Source: Candidatus Limnocylindrales bacterium (GTDB lineage: Bacteria > Verrucomicrobiota > Verrucomicrobiia > Limisphaerales > UBA11358). Taken from it: DNA of 64,000 nucleotides. Made by a program: the position numbers and the translations under genes. The first letter of the stretch is position 1. Every line of letters begins with the position of its first letter. Shown piece after piece: positions 18,086-28,511 of the stretch. Below the pieces are notes generated by a model, which was not told the DNA's origin, searched no databases, and worked only from the letters and a program-made list of their open reading frames with translations. The DNA is taken from NCBI GenBank assembly GCA_035604955.1, contig DATNHM010000027.1:2202-66201 (forward strand), given 5' to 3'.

Positions 18086-21000
18086 GCAGTCGCGGATTTT
18101 CTGGAGGAGTTTGGCGGGTTCGAAGGGTTTTTCGAGGAAGGTCTCGTTGTGGCGCAGGGGTGAATCCTTACCGGGCAGGTTGTTGGCATAACCGCTGCAG
18201 TAAATGATCTTGAGTTCGGGTTTATCGGTACGCAGGTGGTCGGCCAGTTCCCGGCCGTTCATGCCGTCGGGCATGACCATGTCGGTGACCAGGATGTCAA
18301 TGCCTTCCCGGCGCTCGCGCCAGATTTCCAGGGCCTGCACGCCCGAAACGGCGGCGTGGATATGGTACCCATGCCGTTCCAGCACACGTTGCATCAGCCG
18401 GCGCAAGGCGGTCTCGTCCTCCACCAGCAGAATCGTCTCGTTGCCACCCGGCACCTCGGCCGGAGCCGTCGGTTGCTCCCCATTGACTAGTTTCTGGGCC
18501 AGGCGTGGGAAATAAATGTGGAAGGTGGTTCCCTGATTGAGCTGGCTTTCGACTTCAATCCAACCCTGATGTTGTTCGACGATGCCAAAGACGGTAGCCA
18601 GTCCCAAGCCGGTGCCTTTGCCGATGTCCTTGGTGGTAAAGAAGGGTTCAAAGAGGTGTGGCAGATGCTCGGGCGCCACGCCACAGCCGGTGTCGGTGAT
18701 GGACAGGCGGATAAAGTCGCCGGGCTGGGCGGTGTGTTTGGTGAACTGGATGGTGTCGGTCAAGGTGACCGGAGCGGTTTCCACAGTGAGCCGGCCGCCT
18801 TTGGGCATGGCATCGCGGGCATTGACGGCCAGATTCATGAGGATCTGTTCCAACATGCCAGGGTCGGCGTGGATGGAGGCGCCACCGGGGGCGTAACGGG
18901 TTTCCAGGGCGATGTCCTCGCCGATGAGCCGGCGCAACATTTTGGTGACATTGGCGACGACCTCGTTGAGGTCGAGGTCCTTGGGTTGCATGGGCTGGCG
19001 GCGGCTGAAGGTGAGCAACTGGCGGGTCAGGTTGGCGGCGCGCTGGGCGGCGCGAAAGATTTCGGCGTTGGCGGAGGCTTGTTCGGTCTCGGAGAGCTGG
19101 CCCATTTGCAGGAGGGAGACGTTGCCCTGGATGACGGTCAGGATATTGTTGAAATCGTGGGCCACTCCGGCGGCCAATTGGCCGAAGGCCTGCATCTTCT
19201 GGGATTGGCGCAATTGCGCCTCCAACTGCTTGCGCTCGGTCAAATCGCGTAAAGCTGTCACCCGCACATCGCGACCGCCCTGGGAAATGGTCCGGGCTTG
19301 TGCTTCGCATTCAAAGACACTCCCGTCTTTATGAAGACATTGATGTTCAAAGCGTTCTTCTTCACCAGAATGGACCCGTTCGGCGACGGCCGAACGCCAT
19401 TCGGGTGCAATCAGAGGGTAAATGTTACGCCCGATCAGTTCATTTCGCTCGTAACCGAACATGGTGGCGAATTGGTCGTTCACATCCAGAATTCGGCCGT
19501 TTTCACTGACACAGATGCCTTCGAAAGAGGCCTCAGCCAGGGTCCGTAATCTCTGCTCACTTTCCCGTACCGCGTCCTCAGCCCGCTTGAGTTCAGTGAT
19601 GTCGTCGTATGTCCCCAAAATGCCGATGACCCGGCCATCCGTGTCATGCAACGGCACCTTGCTGGATCGGTACCAGCCGATAGAGCCATCCTTCCGGGTT
19701 TGTGGTTCCTCGAAATTGAGTTTGGGCTGGTCTTTTTCCATCACCGCCAAATCATTGGCGCGGTATTGCTCGGCGTATTTGACGGCGCCGGTCTCGAAGT
19801 CAGTCTTGCCGATAATGTTGCCGCACTCTTCCATAACCGCCCGATTGCAGCCGAGGATGGTGCCCTGGCGGTCTTTCCAGACAATATGGTGGGGAATGGT
19901 GTCCAGCACGGTGCGGAGCATCAATCGGGAGCTGGACAATTCCTCCTCGGTCTTCCGCATCCGGCGGCGTTGCCATAATAACGCCAGGATCAATGAAGTT
20001 TGCACCGCGAGAGCGGCCAGAACGACAATGGCAATCACATGATAAGCCTGCCACAAGGTCGGCGGGCGGAAACGCCCTTCACTGTTGGGCGGAAGCCGGG
20101 TTGTGCTCAAATGGTATTTTTGCAACTGGCGCCAATCGAACACGAAGCGGCTGCTTTGATCCCGCGCGGTGGGGACAGAATCGGCGTTGCCTGCCCGGAT
20201 GACTGAGGCAATTTGGCCGGCGATCTCCGAATTCAGCGTCGAATTGTTGATGCACATTCCCCCGACAATGCCATTTCCGATATAAAATCTGGAATAACTG
20301 AACATGGGCGCCGTTGAAATGGAGCTTAGTTCTTCCGCTGCCGCCCATGGAAGCATCACCGGCCCCGATCCGTCAGTGCGAATATCGTCGTAATACACAA
20401 TCGTCTTCGGCGGCAATTCAGACAGACGATGCTTGGTTTCGGCCATCGTCAACCCCACCAGATTGATCAATTCAAAATGGTTCGTGCAAAAGCCCTCGGC
20501 GTGCTGCAAATCGCGCTGGTAGGATTCCGCGACATCTCCCGCGGCGCCGCCGGGGGAAACGAAAGCAATCCGGCGCGTGCCGGGAAACAACTGCACGGCC
20601 GTTATCAAGGTGCCTTGGACATCATTGTCAACAATGAATCCGGTGACATTGGTTTGTCCGCCGAGCTCATTAGTCAGAGTCTCCCGGTTTCCAATGGCAA
20701 TGATTGGCACCCCCGGCCACGCCGAAACCCGCACCTTCAGGGCGAAGTCAATTGATTTTCGGCCGGAGGCAACAATCGCGTCCAATTTGTTTCCTCGGTA
20801 TTTGTTGCGCAGCCACCCGGCCAGTTCCTGACGGTAGTCGTCCCTGGTGAAGTGCGTGAAGTCCAGATTCTCCTGATAAATTGTCACCGGTTTCGACAAA
20901 TTCGACATCAAGATCGGGCGCAATCCGTACACGTAATCCACATAGACCGGGCGATAACCACCCTGGTTGACAACCAGAATGGATACGCCTTCCTCGTCAG

Positions 21001-21163
21001 CTCGCCCGGCTGCGCTCAGGCATCCTACCGTGATGAGAACCAATCCTCGCCCGAAAATCCTCCTGGCGATTCGACCCAACGCGCCGTTCTGGCGGAAGCG
21101 CAATCGAGATTGGTGGGACGAGGATTGCATTATGTTCAGTTTATCGGAGCCAGCACGGTTCAA
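18068..21163 (-). CDS. hybrid sensor histidine kinase (periplasmic substrate-binding-like domain, TM, PAS x2, HisKA, HATPase, REC)
   Basis: 1031 aa. H-box is VAHDFNNILTVIQG, and the HATPase and C-terminal receiver are present. The transmitter module is paralogous to that of the 10744 kinase. Confidence 0.92.
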   Translation of the reverse strand: MNRAGSDKLNIMQSSSHQSRLRFRQNGALGRIARRIFGRGLVLITVGCLSAAGRADEEGVSILVVNQGGYRPVYVDYVYGLRPILMSNLSKPVTIYQENLDFTHFTRDDYRQELAGWLRNKYRGNKLDAIVASGRKSIDFALKVRVSAWPGVPIIAIGNRETLTNELGGQTNVTGFIVDNDVQGTLITAVQLFPGTRRIAFVSPGGAAGDVAESYQRDLQHAEGFCTNHFELINLVGLTMAETKHRLSELPPKTIVYYDDIRTDGSGPVMLPWAAAEELSSISTAPMFSYSRFYIGNGIVGGMCINNSTLNSEIAGQIASVIRAGNADSVPTARDQSSRFVFDWRQLQKYHLSTTRLPPNSEGRFRPPTLWQAYHVIAIVVLAALAVQTSLILALLWQRRRMRKTEEELSSSRLMLRTVLDTIPHHIVWKDRQGTILGCNRAVMEECGNIIGKTDFETGAVKYAEQYRANDLAVMEKDQPKLNFEEPQTRKDGSIGWYRSSKVPLHDTDGRVIGILGTYDDITELKRAEDAVRESEQRLRTLAEASFEGICVSENGRILDVNDQFATMFGYERNELIGRNIYPLIAPEWRSAVAERVHSGEEERFEHQCLHKDGSVFECEAQARTISQGGRDVRVTALRDLTERKQLEAQLRQSQKMQAFGQLAAGVAHDFNNILTVIQGNVSLLQMGQLSETEQASANAEIFRAAQRAANLTRQLLTFSRRQPMQPKDLDLNEVVANVTKMLRRLIGEDIALETRYAPGGASIHADPGMLEQILMNLAVNARDAMPKGGRLTVETAPVTLTDTIQFTKHTAQPGDFIRLSITDTGCGVAPEHLPHLFEPFFTTKDIGKGTGLGLATVFGIVEQHQGWIEVESQLNQGTTFHIYFPRLAQKLVNGEQPTAPAEVPGGNETILLVEDETALRRLMQRVLERHGYHIHAAVSGVQALEIWRERREGIDILVTDMVMPDGMNGRELADHLRTDKPELKIIYCSGYANNLPGKDSPLRHNETFLEKPFEPAKLLQKIRDCADMTN

Positions 21164-21593
21164 AAGATGGACCGGTCGAGATGTTCCAACGACGATGCAA
21201 GAGGGAACTCATCCAGCAAGTCAGGATTTGACATTTCATTACCAAAATATGTCACAGCACTTCCGAACGATTTCGTAAGTCGTTCAGCAGTAATGTGATT
21301 ACAAGATTTCGAGATAATTTGCGGGTGACGCATGACATCGCCTATAGCAATTTTCGCTCCGAAAATGTGTAATTAACGATGTGTTATCCATTTGGACAGA
21401 CCCAAACCCGTCTTATCGGCTGCGTCAACCCTTGGCAGTGCTATCTCCCTACTTTGTCGTGTTCTGCGAAGATTTTCCAGGAGCACGGACGACCTTGTCC
21501 GCAAGCTGCTTCCGTCCGGGAAGAGACACGCGGACAAAAGCTGTCCGCGCTCCTTTGATTGCGGCTTGGCCGCGCTAAGTCCATGCCATGCGG

Positions 21594-21720
21594 ATGTTCT
21601 GAGGTAATTTCGAGGGGTTCGAACAGATTTACCAGGAAGCTCTCGTCGTCCCGCAGAGGGCAATTCCTGCCCGGCATGTCGTTGGCGTAAGCAACACCTG
21701 CACGACATCACTCCCCGGTG
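21594..21720 (-). pseudogene. relic of the 3' end of a hybrid-kinase receiver domain
   Basis: The translated AYANDMPGRNCPLRDDESFLVNLFEPLEI aligns with GYANNLPGKDSPLRHNETFLEKPFEPAKL at the C-terminus of the 18068 kinase. DNA similarity is also visible (gggttcgaa, aggaag, ccgggca, gttggc). There is an upstream frameshift and no N-terminal part. The fragment abuts the pckG stop. Confidence 0.5.
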
Positions 21721-21747
21721 CCTTAGGGTGAAAGGGGGAGATGGCGT

Positions 21748-23550
21748 TCAACCCAGCCGTTTGCGGAGCTTTTCAAACTGTTCACTTAATGCGTTCGGCA
21801 GTTTGCCGTCAAACTTGGCATAGTTCGCGGCCACGTCCTCGGCCTCTTTCTGCCACCCCGCGGTGTCCACAGCGAGCAGTTCCTGGAGATCGCCGGCGGA
21901 CAGATGCAATTCCAAGACATCCAGTGCGTCCGGCGTGGGCAAATTCCCGATGGGCGTCTTCTGCGCCTTGCCGGTTCCTTCAACCCGCTCGCAAATCCAC
22001 TTGAGCACGCGGCTGTTTTCGCCGTAGCCGGGCCAGAGCCATCTGCCGTTCGCCGCTTTGCGGAACCAGTTCACGAAATAAACTTTGGGCAGTTTGGCGC
22101 GGTCGGTGCGTTGCGCGAAGGAGAGCCAGTGCGCGAAATAATCCGCCATGTTGTAGCCGCAGAACGGCAGCATGGCAAACGGGTCGCGGCGCAGCACCCC
22201 GGCTTGGCCGAGCGCGGCGGCGGTGGTTTCCGAACCGCAGGCGGAACCCATGAACACGCCATGCTCCCAATCGAACGCCTCGTTCACCAGCGGAATGGTG
22301 TGGGGCCGGCGTCCCCCAAACAAGATCGCCGAGAGTGGCACGCCTTCGGGATTCTGCCAATCGGGATCAATCACCGGACATTGCGCCGCCGGTGCCGTAA
22401 AGCGCGAATTCGGATGCGCGCCTTTTTTGCCATTGTCAGGTGTCCATTCGTCGCCCTGCCAGTCAATGCCTTTGGCCGGCGCGGGCACACCCATGTCTTC
22501 CCACCAGACGTCATCGTCCGGCGTCAGCACGACGTTGGTGAAAATGGTATTCTTCGCGCAGGCCGCCAGTGCATGGGGATTGCTTCGCGCCGAGGTGCCC
22601 GGAGCCACGCCAAAAAAGCCCGTCTCCGGATTCATCGCGTAAAGCCGTCCGTCCTTGCCGACGCGAATCCAGGCAATGTCGTCGCCCAGCGTCGTGACTT
22701 TCCAGCCCGGCACCGTCGGCTGCATCATCGCCAGATTCGTTTTCCCGCACGCGCTCGGAAACGCCGCGGCAATGTAATACTTTTTGCCCTGCGGCGAAGT
22801 CAGGCAAAGAATAAGCATGTGTTCCGCCATCCAGCCTTCCTTCTTCGCCACGGTTGAGGCAATGCGCAGCGCCAGGCATTTTTTTCCGAGCAACGCGTTG
22901 CCGCCATAACCCGAACCGTACGACCAGATGGAAGGTTCCTCAGGAAAATGAACGATGTATTTGTTTTTGGGATCGCCTTCACACGGCCAGGACACGTCCT
23001 TTTGACCGGGCTTCAAAGGAGCGCCGACCGAATGCAGGCAGGGAATGAACGTGCCGTTCGCGCCCAGCTTGTTCAGCACGGCCTGACCCATGCGCGTCAT
23101 GATGCGCATGTTGACGACGACGTACGGCGAATCGCTGATTTCAATGCCGATTTTGCAGAGGGGCGAATCAAGCGGCCCCATCGCGAACGGAATCACATAC
23201 ATCGTCCGGCCTGCCATGCAGCCCTTGAACAGGCCAAGAAGTTTTTGCTTCATCCCGGCGGGATCGGCCCAGTTATTGGTCGGCCCGGCTTCCTCCTTCG
23301 TTTTCGAGCAGATAAACGTCCGGTCTTCCACGCGGGCCACGTCGCTCGGATGCGAGCGCGCCAGATACGAGCCGGGACGCTTCTTTTCGTTGAGCCGGGT
23401 GAAGGTGCCGCTCTTGACCATTAAATCACAGAGCCTTTGATTTTCGGCGTCCGAACCGTCGCACCAATGAATATCCCTGGGTTGGCAGAGTGCTGCCATT
23501 TCATTGACCCATGAAATCAACTGTTGGTTCTTCGTGTTTGCTTTGTCCAT
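21748..23550 (-). CDS. pckG: phosphoenolpyruvate carboxykinase (GTP)
   Basis: ORF trimmed to the ATG at 23548-23550 ([15 protein letters not shown]...). GTP-PEPCK motifs seen: [27 protein letters not shown]. Confidence 0.95.
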   Translation of the reverse strand: MDKANTKNQQLISWVNEMAALCQPRDIHWCDGSDAENQRLCDLMVKSGTFTRLNEKKRPGSYLARSHPSDVARVEDRTFICSKTKEEAGPTNNWADPAGMKQKLLGLFKGCMAGRTMYVIPFAMGPLDSPLCKIGIEISDSPYVVVNMRIMTRMGQAVLNKLGANGTFIPCLHSVGAPLKPGQKDVSWPCEGDPKNKYIVHFPEEPSIWSYGSGYGGNALLGKKCLALRIASTVAKKEGWMAEHMLILCLTSPQGKKYYIAAAFPSACGKTNLAMMQPTVPGWKVTTLGDDIAWIRVGKDGRLYAMNPETGFFGVAPGTSARSNPHALAACAKNTIFTNVVLTPDDDVWWEDMGVPAPAKGIDWQGDEWTPDNGKKGAHPNSRFTAPAAQCPVIDPDWQNPEGVPLSAILFGGRRPHTIPLVNEAFDWEHGVFMGSACGSETTAAALGQAGVLRRDPFAMLPFCGYNMADYFAHWLSFAQRTDRAKLPKVYFVNWFRKAANGRWLWPGYGENSRVLKWICERVEGTGKAQKTPIGNLPTPDALDVLELHLSAGDLQELLAVDTAGWQKEAEDVAANYAKFDGKLPNALSEQFEKLRKRLG

Positions 23551-23770
23551 GCGCTTCTCCTGTCCGTGCATTTTCTGCAAAAGATGTCCGGGTAAACTGC
23601 CAGAACCGGCGCGGCTTGAACAGTCCAAATTGAAGAAATTTGGATACTCGGGCGCAACTCGGCACCGCCGCCGGAGCGCCGGTTTGGAAATCGGCGCTAC
23701 GATTCACGTTTTCTCCTCGGAGGCAAGTGACGCCCATTCGCCGCCAGGTGGGTAATGTCCTGATTTGAAA

Positions 23771-23822
23771 GTAGGGCACGACATAAGTGCTATCACAAGC
23801 GACTCGTTACCTCGTCGCCTAC
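23771..23822. repeat. GTAGG...CCTAC-bracketed double-hairpin element (copy A)
   Basis: Hairpin 1 is gcac-gacataa-gtgc and hairpin 2 is gcgac-tcgttacctc-gtcgc. It shares the cores CGACRTAAG and CTCGTWACCTCG with copies at 35418 and 56631. Confidence 0.75.
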
Positions 23823-23895
23823 AAATTAGGACACCACCGCCAGGTGGACGCTTTTGCGTCGCGCCGTGCTTCGGGCTATGCTAAACATGAATTGA

Positions 23896-26313
23896 ATGAA
23901 TTCGCCGTCTGCAAACCGCGCCGACCAGCCCGAGGCCAATAGCTGCCTCGCGCGCTCGGTCGTGGATACGCTGGCCGAGGAGCCGACGCTGGAAGCGGTG
24001 ACCATTGACCGCGCGCAGCGGAAAATCTCCGTGGCCACGCTGGGCCGCGCCGACATGGCCCGGCTGACGGAGCGCATCACCACCCAATTTCAGACCGCCC
24101 AGACTGCCGATGCCGGCCACACCTGCTCCCTGTTGAACGGCGAAGGCGACTGCTTTTCGTGCAACACGCCGTTGTCCGAGGACGAGCGCAAGAAAATCAC
24201 GATTCAAAACGACGGTCCGACGACCACCATTGCGCGGGTCACGTGCCCGACTGCGCCGACCTTCTGGCGCTGGCGCGACATGCCGTTTCCGAAAGTCGTC
24301 CCGCGCGACGTCGAATTTCTCGAACACGTCGGGGAGATTGACGAGTGGAAAACCCAGCTGGCCGCCGCGATTTTGTGTGGTGTGTTCGGACTGGCCGGCT
24401 TTTTCCTCGGCCGGTTTGGCCAGCCTGCCCTGTCGGTTACCAGTTTCATCATGGCCTATCTGGCCGGCGGTTTTTATCCGGCGGAACAGGTCTGGGAACG
24501 GCTGCGGAAGCGCACGATTGACGTGCATTTTCTGATGCTTTTTGTGGCCGTGGGCGCCGCTTCCATCGGCGCCTGGGCGGAAGGCGCGACGCTGTTGTTT
24601 CTGTTCTCACTCTCCGGCGCGCTGGAGCATTTCGCGCTCGGGCGCACCCAAAAGGAAATCCGCTCGCTCTTTCGCGACGCGCCCAAAGTCGCCACGGTGA
24701 TTGACGCCCACGGCAAAGAACGCGAGGTCAAGGTCGAGCTGCTCAAACCAGGCATGCGCCTGCTGATCAAACCCGGCGCGCAATTTCCCGTGGACGGCGA
24801 AATCACCAAAGGCAGCACCGCGGCGGACGAATCGAATCTGACCGGCGAAGCCACGCCGGTGAAAAAGGCCGTTGGCGACACCGGGCTGGCGGGCACCATC
24901 AACCTGTGGGGCGCGGTCGAGATGGCTGTCGTGCGGCCCGCCGCCGAAAGCGCACTGCAAAAAATCATTACGCTGATCAAGGACGCCCAGCAGCAGAAAG
25001 CGCCCGCGCAACAGTTCACTGATAAATTCAGCACGGTTTACACTTACGCTGTCATCGGGCTTTCATTCGCGATGTTTTTTGTCTGGTGGCTGGGTTTCCG
25101 GCTCGCGCCCTTTGAGTCCGCCGTCGAGTCGCACAGCGCCTTTTACCGCGCGATGACGCTGCTGGTCGTCTCATCGCCGTGCGCGCTGGTGCTTTCGATT
25201 CCGTCGGCGGTGCTGGCGGCCATCGCGTGGGGCGCGCGGCACGGCATTTTGTTCCGCGGCGGTGCCGCGGTGGAAAAGCTCGCCGAAGTGAACATCGTGG
25301 CGCTCGATAAGACCGGGACGCTCACCACCGGCGAATTGCGTGTCGAAAAAATTGAAAGTTTTCCGCCCGGACGCGAATCGGAAATCGCGCGGCTGGCCTT
25401 CTCCTTGGAACGGCTTTCGACGCATCCGCTCGCCCGCGCCATCACGCGCCACGGCAAGCAGCAGAAGCTGGAGCCGATCGAGTTTGAGCATTTTGAGTCG
25501 GTGACGGGGCAGGGCTTGCTTGCCCGGCGCGACGGTATCGAATACCGCCTCGGCGGCCGCGATTGGTTTGAGGGGCCCGGGAGCGCCGGCATCTTGCCGG
25601 CGAGTTCCAAAGACGTTTCTTCCCCGCCCGCCGGCAAGATGCCGGCGCTCCCAAACCCGGTGGACGCCGGTTTTTCCGAGGTTTGGGCCGAGGGCGGTGA
25701 TTTGGTTGGCCGCGTCATTTTGCGCGACGACATCCGTCCGCAATCGGCCGCCGTCATTCAGGAATTGCGGAATGAAGGTTTGCGCACGGTGGTTCTGACC
25801 GGCGACCGCAAGGCGACGGCCGAGCATCTGCGCGCGAAATTGAACCTCGACGACGTGCGCGCGGAATTGAAGCCGGAACAAAAGGTTGAGGCGATTCGTG
25901 CGTTGAGCGAAGACAGTTGCCGGGTGGCGATGATTGGCGACGGCGTCAACGATGCGCCGAGCCTGGCGGCGGCGCATATCGGCGTGGCGATGGGCGCGCG
26001 GGGCGCCGACGCCGCGCTCGAACAGGCGGACGTGGTGTTGATGAACGACCGGCTGGAAAATTTTCTGGCCGCATTCCGCCTGAGCCAGCGGGCGCGGCGC
26101 ATCATCCGGCAAAATCTGTTCATCTCGCTCGGCACGGTGGTGGTACTGGTGTCGTTCGCGATGCTCGGAAAAATTCCGCTGCCCATCGGCGTGGTCGGCC
26201 ACGAAGGCAGCACGGTTGTGGTGGTGATGAACAGTTTGCGATTGTTGTTTGGCGGCACACCGGGGGCCAATCATTCCAATCCCGGATCAACCCTACGCAC
26301 GCCGGGATCATAA
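23896..26313 (+). CDS. heavy-metal translocating P1B-type ATPase (SPC / HEGxT signature, P1B-4-like)
   Basis: 805 aa. Motifs seen: TGEA, DKTGTLT, GDGVNDAP, transmembrane SPC (VVSSPCALV) and HEGSTVVVV. Confidence 0.92.
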   Translation: MNSPSANRADQPEANSCLARSVVDTLAEEPTLEAVTIDRAQRKISVATLGRADMARLTERITTQFQTAQTADAGHTCSLLNGEGDCFSCNTPLSEDERKKITIQNDGPTTTIARVTCPTAPTFWRWRDMPFPKVVPRDVEFLEHVGEIDEWKTQLAAAILCGVFGLAGFFLGRFGQPALSVTSFIMAYLAGGFYPAEQVWERLRKRTIDVHFLMLFVAVGAASIGAWAEGATLLFLFSLSGALEHFALGRTQKEIRSLFRDAPKVATVIDAHGKEREVKVELLKPGMRLLIKPGAQFPVDGEITKGSTAADESNLTGEATPVKKAVGDTGLAGTINLWGAVEMAVVRPAAESALQKIITLIKDAQQQKAPAQQFTDKFSTVYTYAVIGLSFAMFFVWWLGFRLAPFESAVESHSAFYRAMTLLVVSSPCALVLSIPSAVLAAIAWGARHGILFRGGAAVEKLAEVNIVALDKTGTLTTGELRVEKIESFPPGRESEIARLAFSLERLSTHPLARAITRHGKQQKLEPIEFEHFESVTGQGLLARRDGIEYRLGGRDWFEGPGSAGILPASSKDVSSPPAGKMPALPNPVDAGFSEVWAEGGDLVGRVILRDDIRPQSAAVIQELRNEGLRTVVLTGDRKATAEHLRAKLNLDDVRAELKPEQKVEAIRALSEDSCRVAMIGDGVNDAPSLAAAHIGVAMGARGADAALEQADVVLMNDRLENFLAAFRLSQRARRIIRQNLFISLGTVVVLVSFAMLGKIPLPIGVVGHEGSTVVVVMNSLRLLFGGTPGANHSNPGSTLRTPGS
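25579..25652. repeat. perfect 24-bp inverted repeat with a 26-nt loop, in frame inside the ATPase gene
   Basis: gggagcgccggcatcttgccggcg (25579-25602) is the exact reverse complement of cgccggcaagatgccggcgctccc (25629-25652). It is translated as GSAGILPASSKDVSSPPAGKMPALP. Confidence 0.9.
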
Positions 26314-26314
26314 A

Positions 26315-26392
26315 CCTGGGAGCGCCGGCGTCTCGCTGGCAGGTTCGCAGTTCCCATTCCCAACAAGCCGGCGAGACGCCGGTCCTTCCAGG
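26315..26392. repeat. sibling palindromic element 2 nt after the ATPase stop (terminator-like)
   Basis: cctgggagcgccggcgtctcgctggc (26315-26340) pairs 22/26 with gccggcgagacgccggtccttccagg (26367-26392). It has the same 26-nt loop length and the same GGGAGCGCCGGC arm start as the 25579 element. Confidence 0.8.
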
Positions 26393-26461
26393 TGGCCGGA
26401 ACAAAGAAACTTTTCTGTTCATTCCGGTCTTGGTCGTGTTTAATCAAGGCCGGTTGAATTT

Positions 26462-27328
26462 GTGAATCCTTTCCGAGAATATGTTTCCGAACAGGCACGG
26501 CTTCTGCACCGTGGAGCAAAGCTGCCGCTGGGCCGTTCGCAGAAAATCCCGCAGCCGCCCAGGCTGTCGGGAGATGCGCCCAAGGCCTTGATTTTCTCGC
26601 CGCATCCGGATGATGAATGCATCGTCGGCGGGCTGGCATTGCGGCTGTTGCGCGAATCGAGATGGAACATCATCAACGTCGCCGTCACGCTTGGCAGCAA
26701 AAGGGAACGGCGGACGGTGCGACTGCGTGAACTGCAAGGCGCCTGTGCCGTGCTGGATTTTGGTTTGATGGTTCCGAAGGCACAAGGTTTGGAGCATATC
26801 AATCTTAAATCACGGAAACAGAACCGGGCGCATTGGCAGGCGGCGGTCAAAGTCATTGCCGGAATTCTCGCCGAACAGCGGCCACGCGTGATTTTTCTGC
26901 CGCATGAGCATGACGGGCATCCCGTGCACGTCGGCACGCATTTTCTGGTGCTGGACGCCCTGAAAACTCTGCCCGCCGGTTTCCGATGCCACGTTGTTGA
27001 GACGGAATTTTGGGGACAAATGGCGGAGCCCAATCTGCTGGTCGAGTTGGGCGTTGCCGAGGTTGGCGATTTGGTCGCAGCCCTGGCGTGTCACACCGGC
27101 GAGGTGCGGCGCAATCCGTATCACGCACGGTTGCCGGCGTGGCTGATGGATAATGTGCGGCGCGGTGCGGAACGGGTCGGTAGGCAGGGCGGGGCAGCGC
27201 CGGATTTTGTGTTCGGCGCCATTTACCGGCTGGGAAAATGGTCGCAGGGCCGGTTAGCTCCGGTCCAACGCCGACAAAGATTTTTATCGGGTGCAATGAA
27301 TGTCGGTAAGTATCTGGAGTTGAGATAA
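26462..27328 (+). CDS. PIG-L/LmbE family deacetylase
   Basis: GTG start. Carries the SPHPDDECIVGG motif and downstream His residues (PHEHDGHPVH). Confidence 0.8.
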   Translation: MNPFREYVSEQARLLHRGAKLPLGRSQKIPQPPRLSGDAPKALIFSPHPDDECIVGGLALRLLRESRWNIINVAVTLGSKRERRTVRLRELQGACAVLDFGLMVPKAQGLEHINLKSRKQNRAHWQAAVKVIAGILAEQRPRVIFLPHEHDGHPVHVGTHFLVLDALKTLPAGFRCHVVETEFWGQMAEPNLLVELGVAEVGDLVAALACHTGEVRRNPYHARLPAWLMDNVRRGAERVGRQGGAAPDFVFGAIYRLGKWSQGRLAPVQRRQRFLSGAMNVGKYLELR

Positions 27329-27335
27329 ACGGCTG

Positions 27336-27884
27336 CTACCGGTAGTTCTTGTCGTCCACCCGGTTGAGATCCATGCCGTCCTTGAACACGCCCACGGTCA
27401 CGATGGCAAAGGTGAACACCGCCGTTCCGGCTTCGAGATGTCCGCCGAACGCCTTGTCGGGATCGGCGAAGGTGATGTGAGCGTGGACACGGCCGTCAAT
27501 CACGTAGCCGTTCATGCCGGCGATGTCGGCCGGGCCGGTGGGATTCTTCACAAAGATATTTTTCGAGGGAAAGACGCCGTTGCTCACCACGTGGTAATGA
27601 TAGCTTTTCACCGAGCCAATGCCGGACAGGATGACGGCGTTGCGGATTTTGCATTGCTTTACCATGCGTTCCAAACCGGCCAGCAGGTCGGTCTGGTTTT
27701 TGAAACGCAACACGACGATGCGGTCGAACTGGCCGGTGAGTGCATACACGTCCGGCACCTGGTCGCTGTTCGGTTTGGCGTCTTCCGCCGGTGTGGTGGC
27801 GTTGGTCAATTCGGTACGTATCGGTTGGGCGGCGGCGAGGTTAAGCATGGCCAGAAAACCCAGAACTTTAATCAGTCTGCTCAT
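27336..27884 (-). CDS. secreted PPC (DUF296) domain protein
   Basis: Signal peptide MSRLIKVLGFLAMLNLAAA. PPC-domain pattern ILSGIGSV...HAHITFADPDKAFGGHLEAG. Confidence 0.7.
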   Translation of the reverse strand: MSRLIKVLGFLAMLNLAAAQPIRTELTNATTPAEDAKPNSDQVPDVYALTGQFDRIVVLRFKNQTDLLAGLERMVKQCKIRNAVILSGIGSVKSYHYHVVSNGVFPSKNIFVKNPTGPADIAGMNGYVIDGRVHAHITFADPDKAFGGHLEAGTAVFTFAIVTVGVFKDGMDLNRVDDKNYR

Positions 27885-28034
27885 AAAATGCCTGTGGTGT
27901 TGATGGATGGCGGTCAGGTGTGATGAAGGCTAAGCCTGGGCCGGTTGGACAACAAGCCTGGAAGGTGGTGATACAGCTTTCAGGTTTGCTTCGGGCGGGA
28001 ACTTTTCACATTCTTGGTACATCCGACCAATGGG

Positions 28035-28508
28035 ATGAAGAAAAAATTGATCTGGATTCTCGGGCTGCTGGCAGTGATTTTTGTGCTATTGCAGTTCACC
28101 AATCCTGCGCGCACGAATCCGCCGGTCGTTCATGATTTCCTGGCCGCCGAAAACCCGCCGCCGCCGCTCGCTGCCATGTTCCGCGGCGCGTGTTACGATT
28201 GTCATTCCTGCGAAACCCGGTGGCCGTGGTACAGCCATATCGCGCCGGTGTCATGGCTGATTGCCAACGACGTGTCGGGGGGGCGGCGACATTTGAATCT
28301 TTCCGATTGGCCGGTGGACGACCCGGAACGCGCCGCCAAGCGGCTGGAAAACGCCAGCGAAGAATTGGGCTACCACGAAATGCCGCCGGCCAAGTACCAG
28401 GCCATCCATCCGGCATCCCGGCTCACGGCCGACCAACGCCAGCAATTGATTCAGTGGCTCGATCAGGAGGCTAAACGCTTGAAAAGCGTCGCTGCTTCGG
28501 GAAAATAA
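28035..28508 (+). CDS. heme-binding domain protein (Haem_bd family)
   Basis: The start MKKKLIWILGLL is preferred. Motif CYDCHSCETRWPWYSHIAPVSWL...LNLSDW. Confidence 0.75.
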   Translation: MKKKLIWILGLLAVIFVLLQFTNPARTNPPVVHDFLAAENPPPPLAAMFRGACYDCHSCETRWPWYSHIAPVSWLIANDVSGGRRHLNLSDWPVDDPERAAKRLENASEELGYHEMPPAKYQAIHPASRLTADQRQQLIQWLDQEAKRLKSVAASGK

Positions 28509-28511
28509 TTC

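Noticed and set aside
21608-21626. ggggttcgaac, resembling a tRNA T-loop
   Set aside because: No flanking T-stem complementarity, acceptor stem or anticodon arm is present. The segment is part of the receiver-domain relic (it encodes FEP).
23629-23895. Metal (NiCo/czcD-type) riboswitch upstream of the P1B ATPase
   Set aside because: I recognised no four-way-junction consensus by eye. The most structured part is a copy of the GTAGG...CCTAC repeat element.
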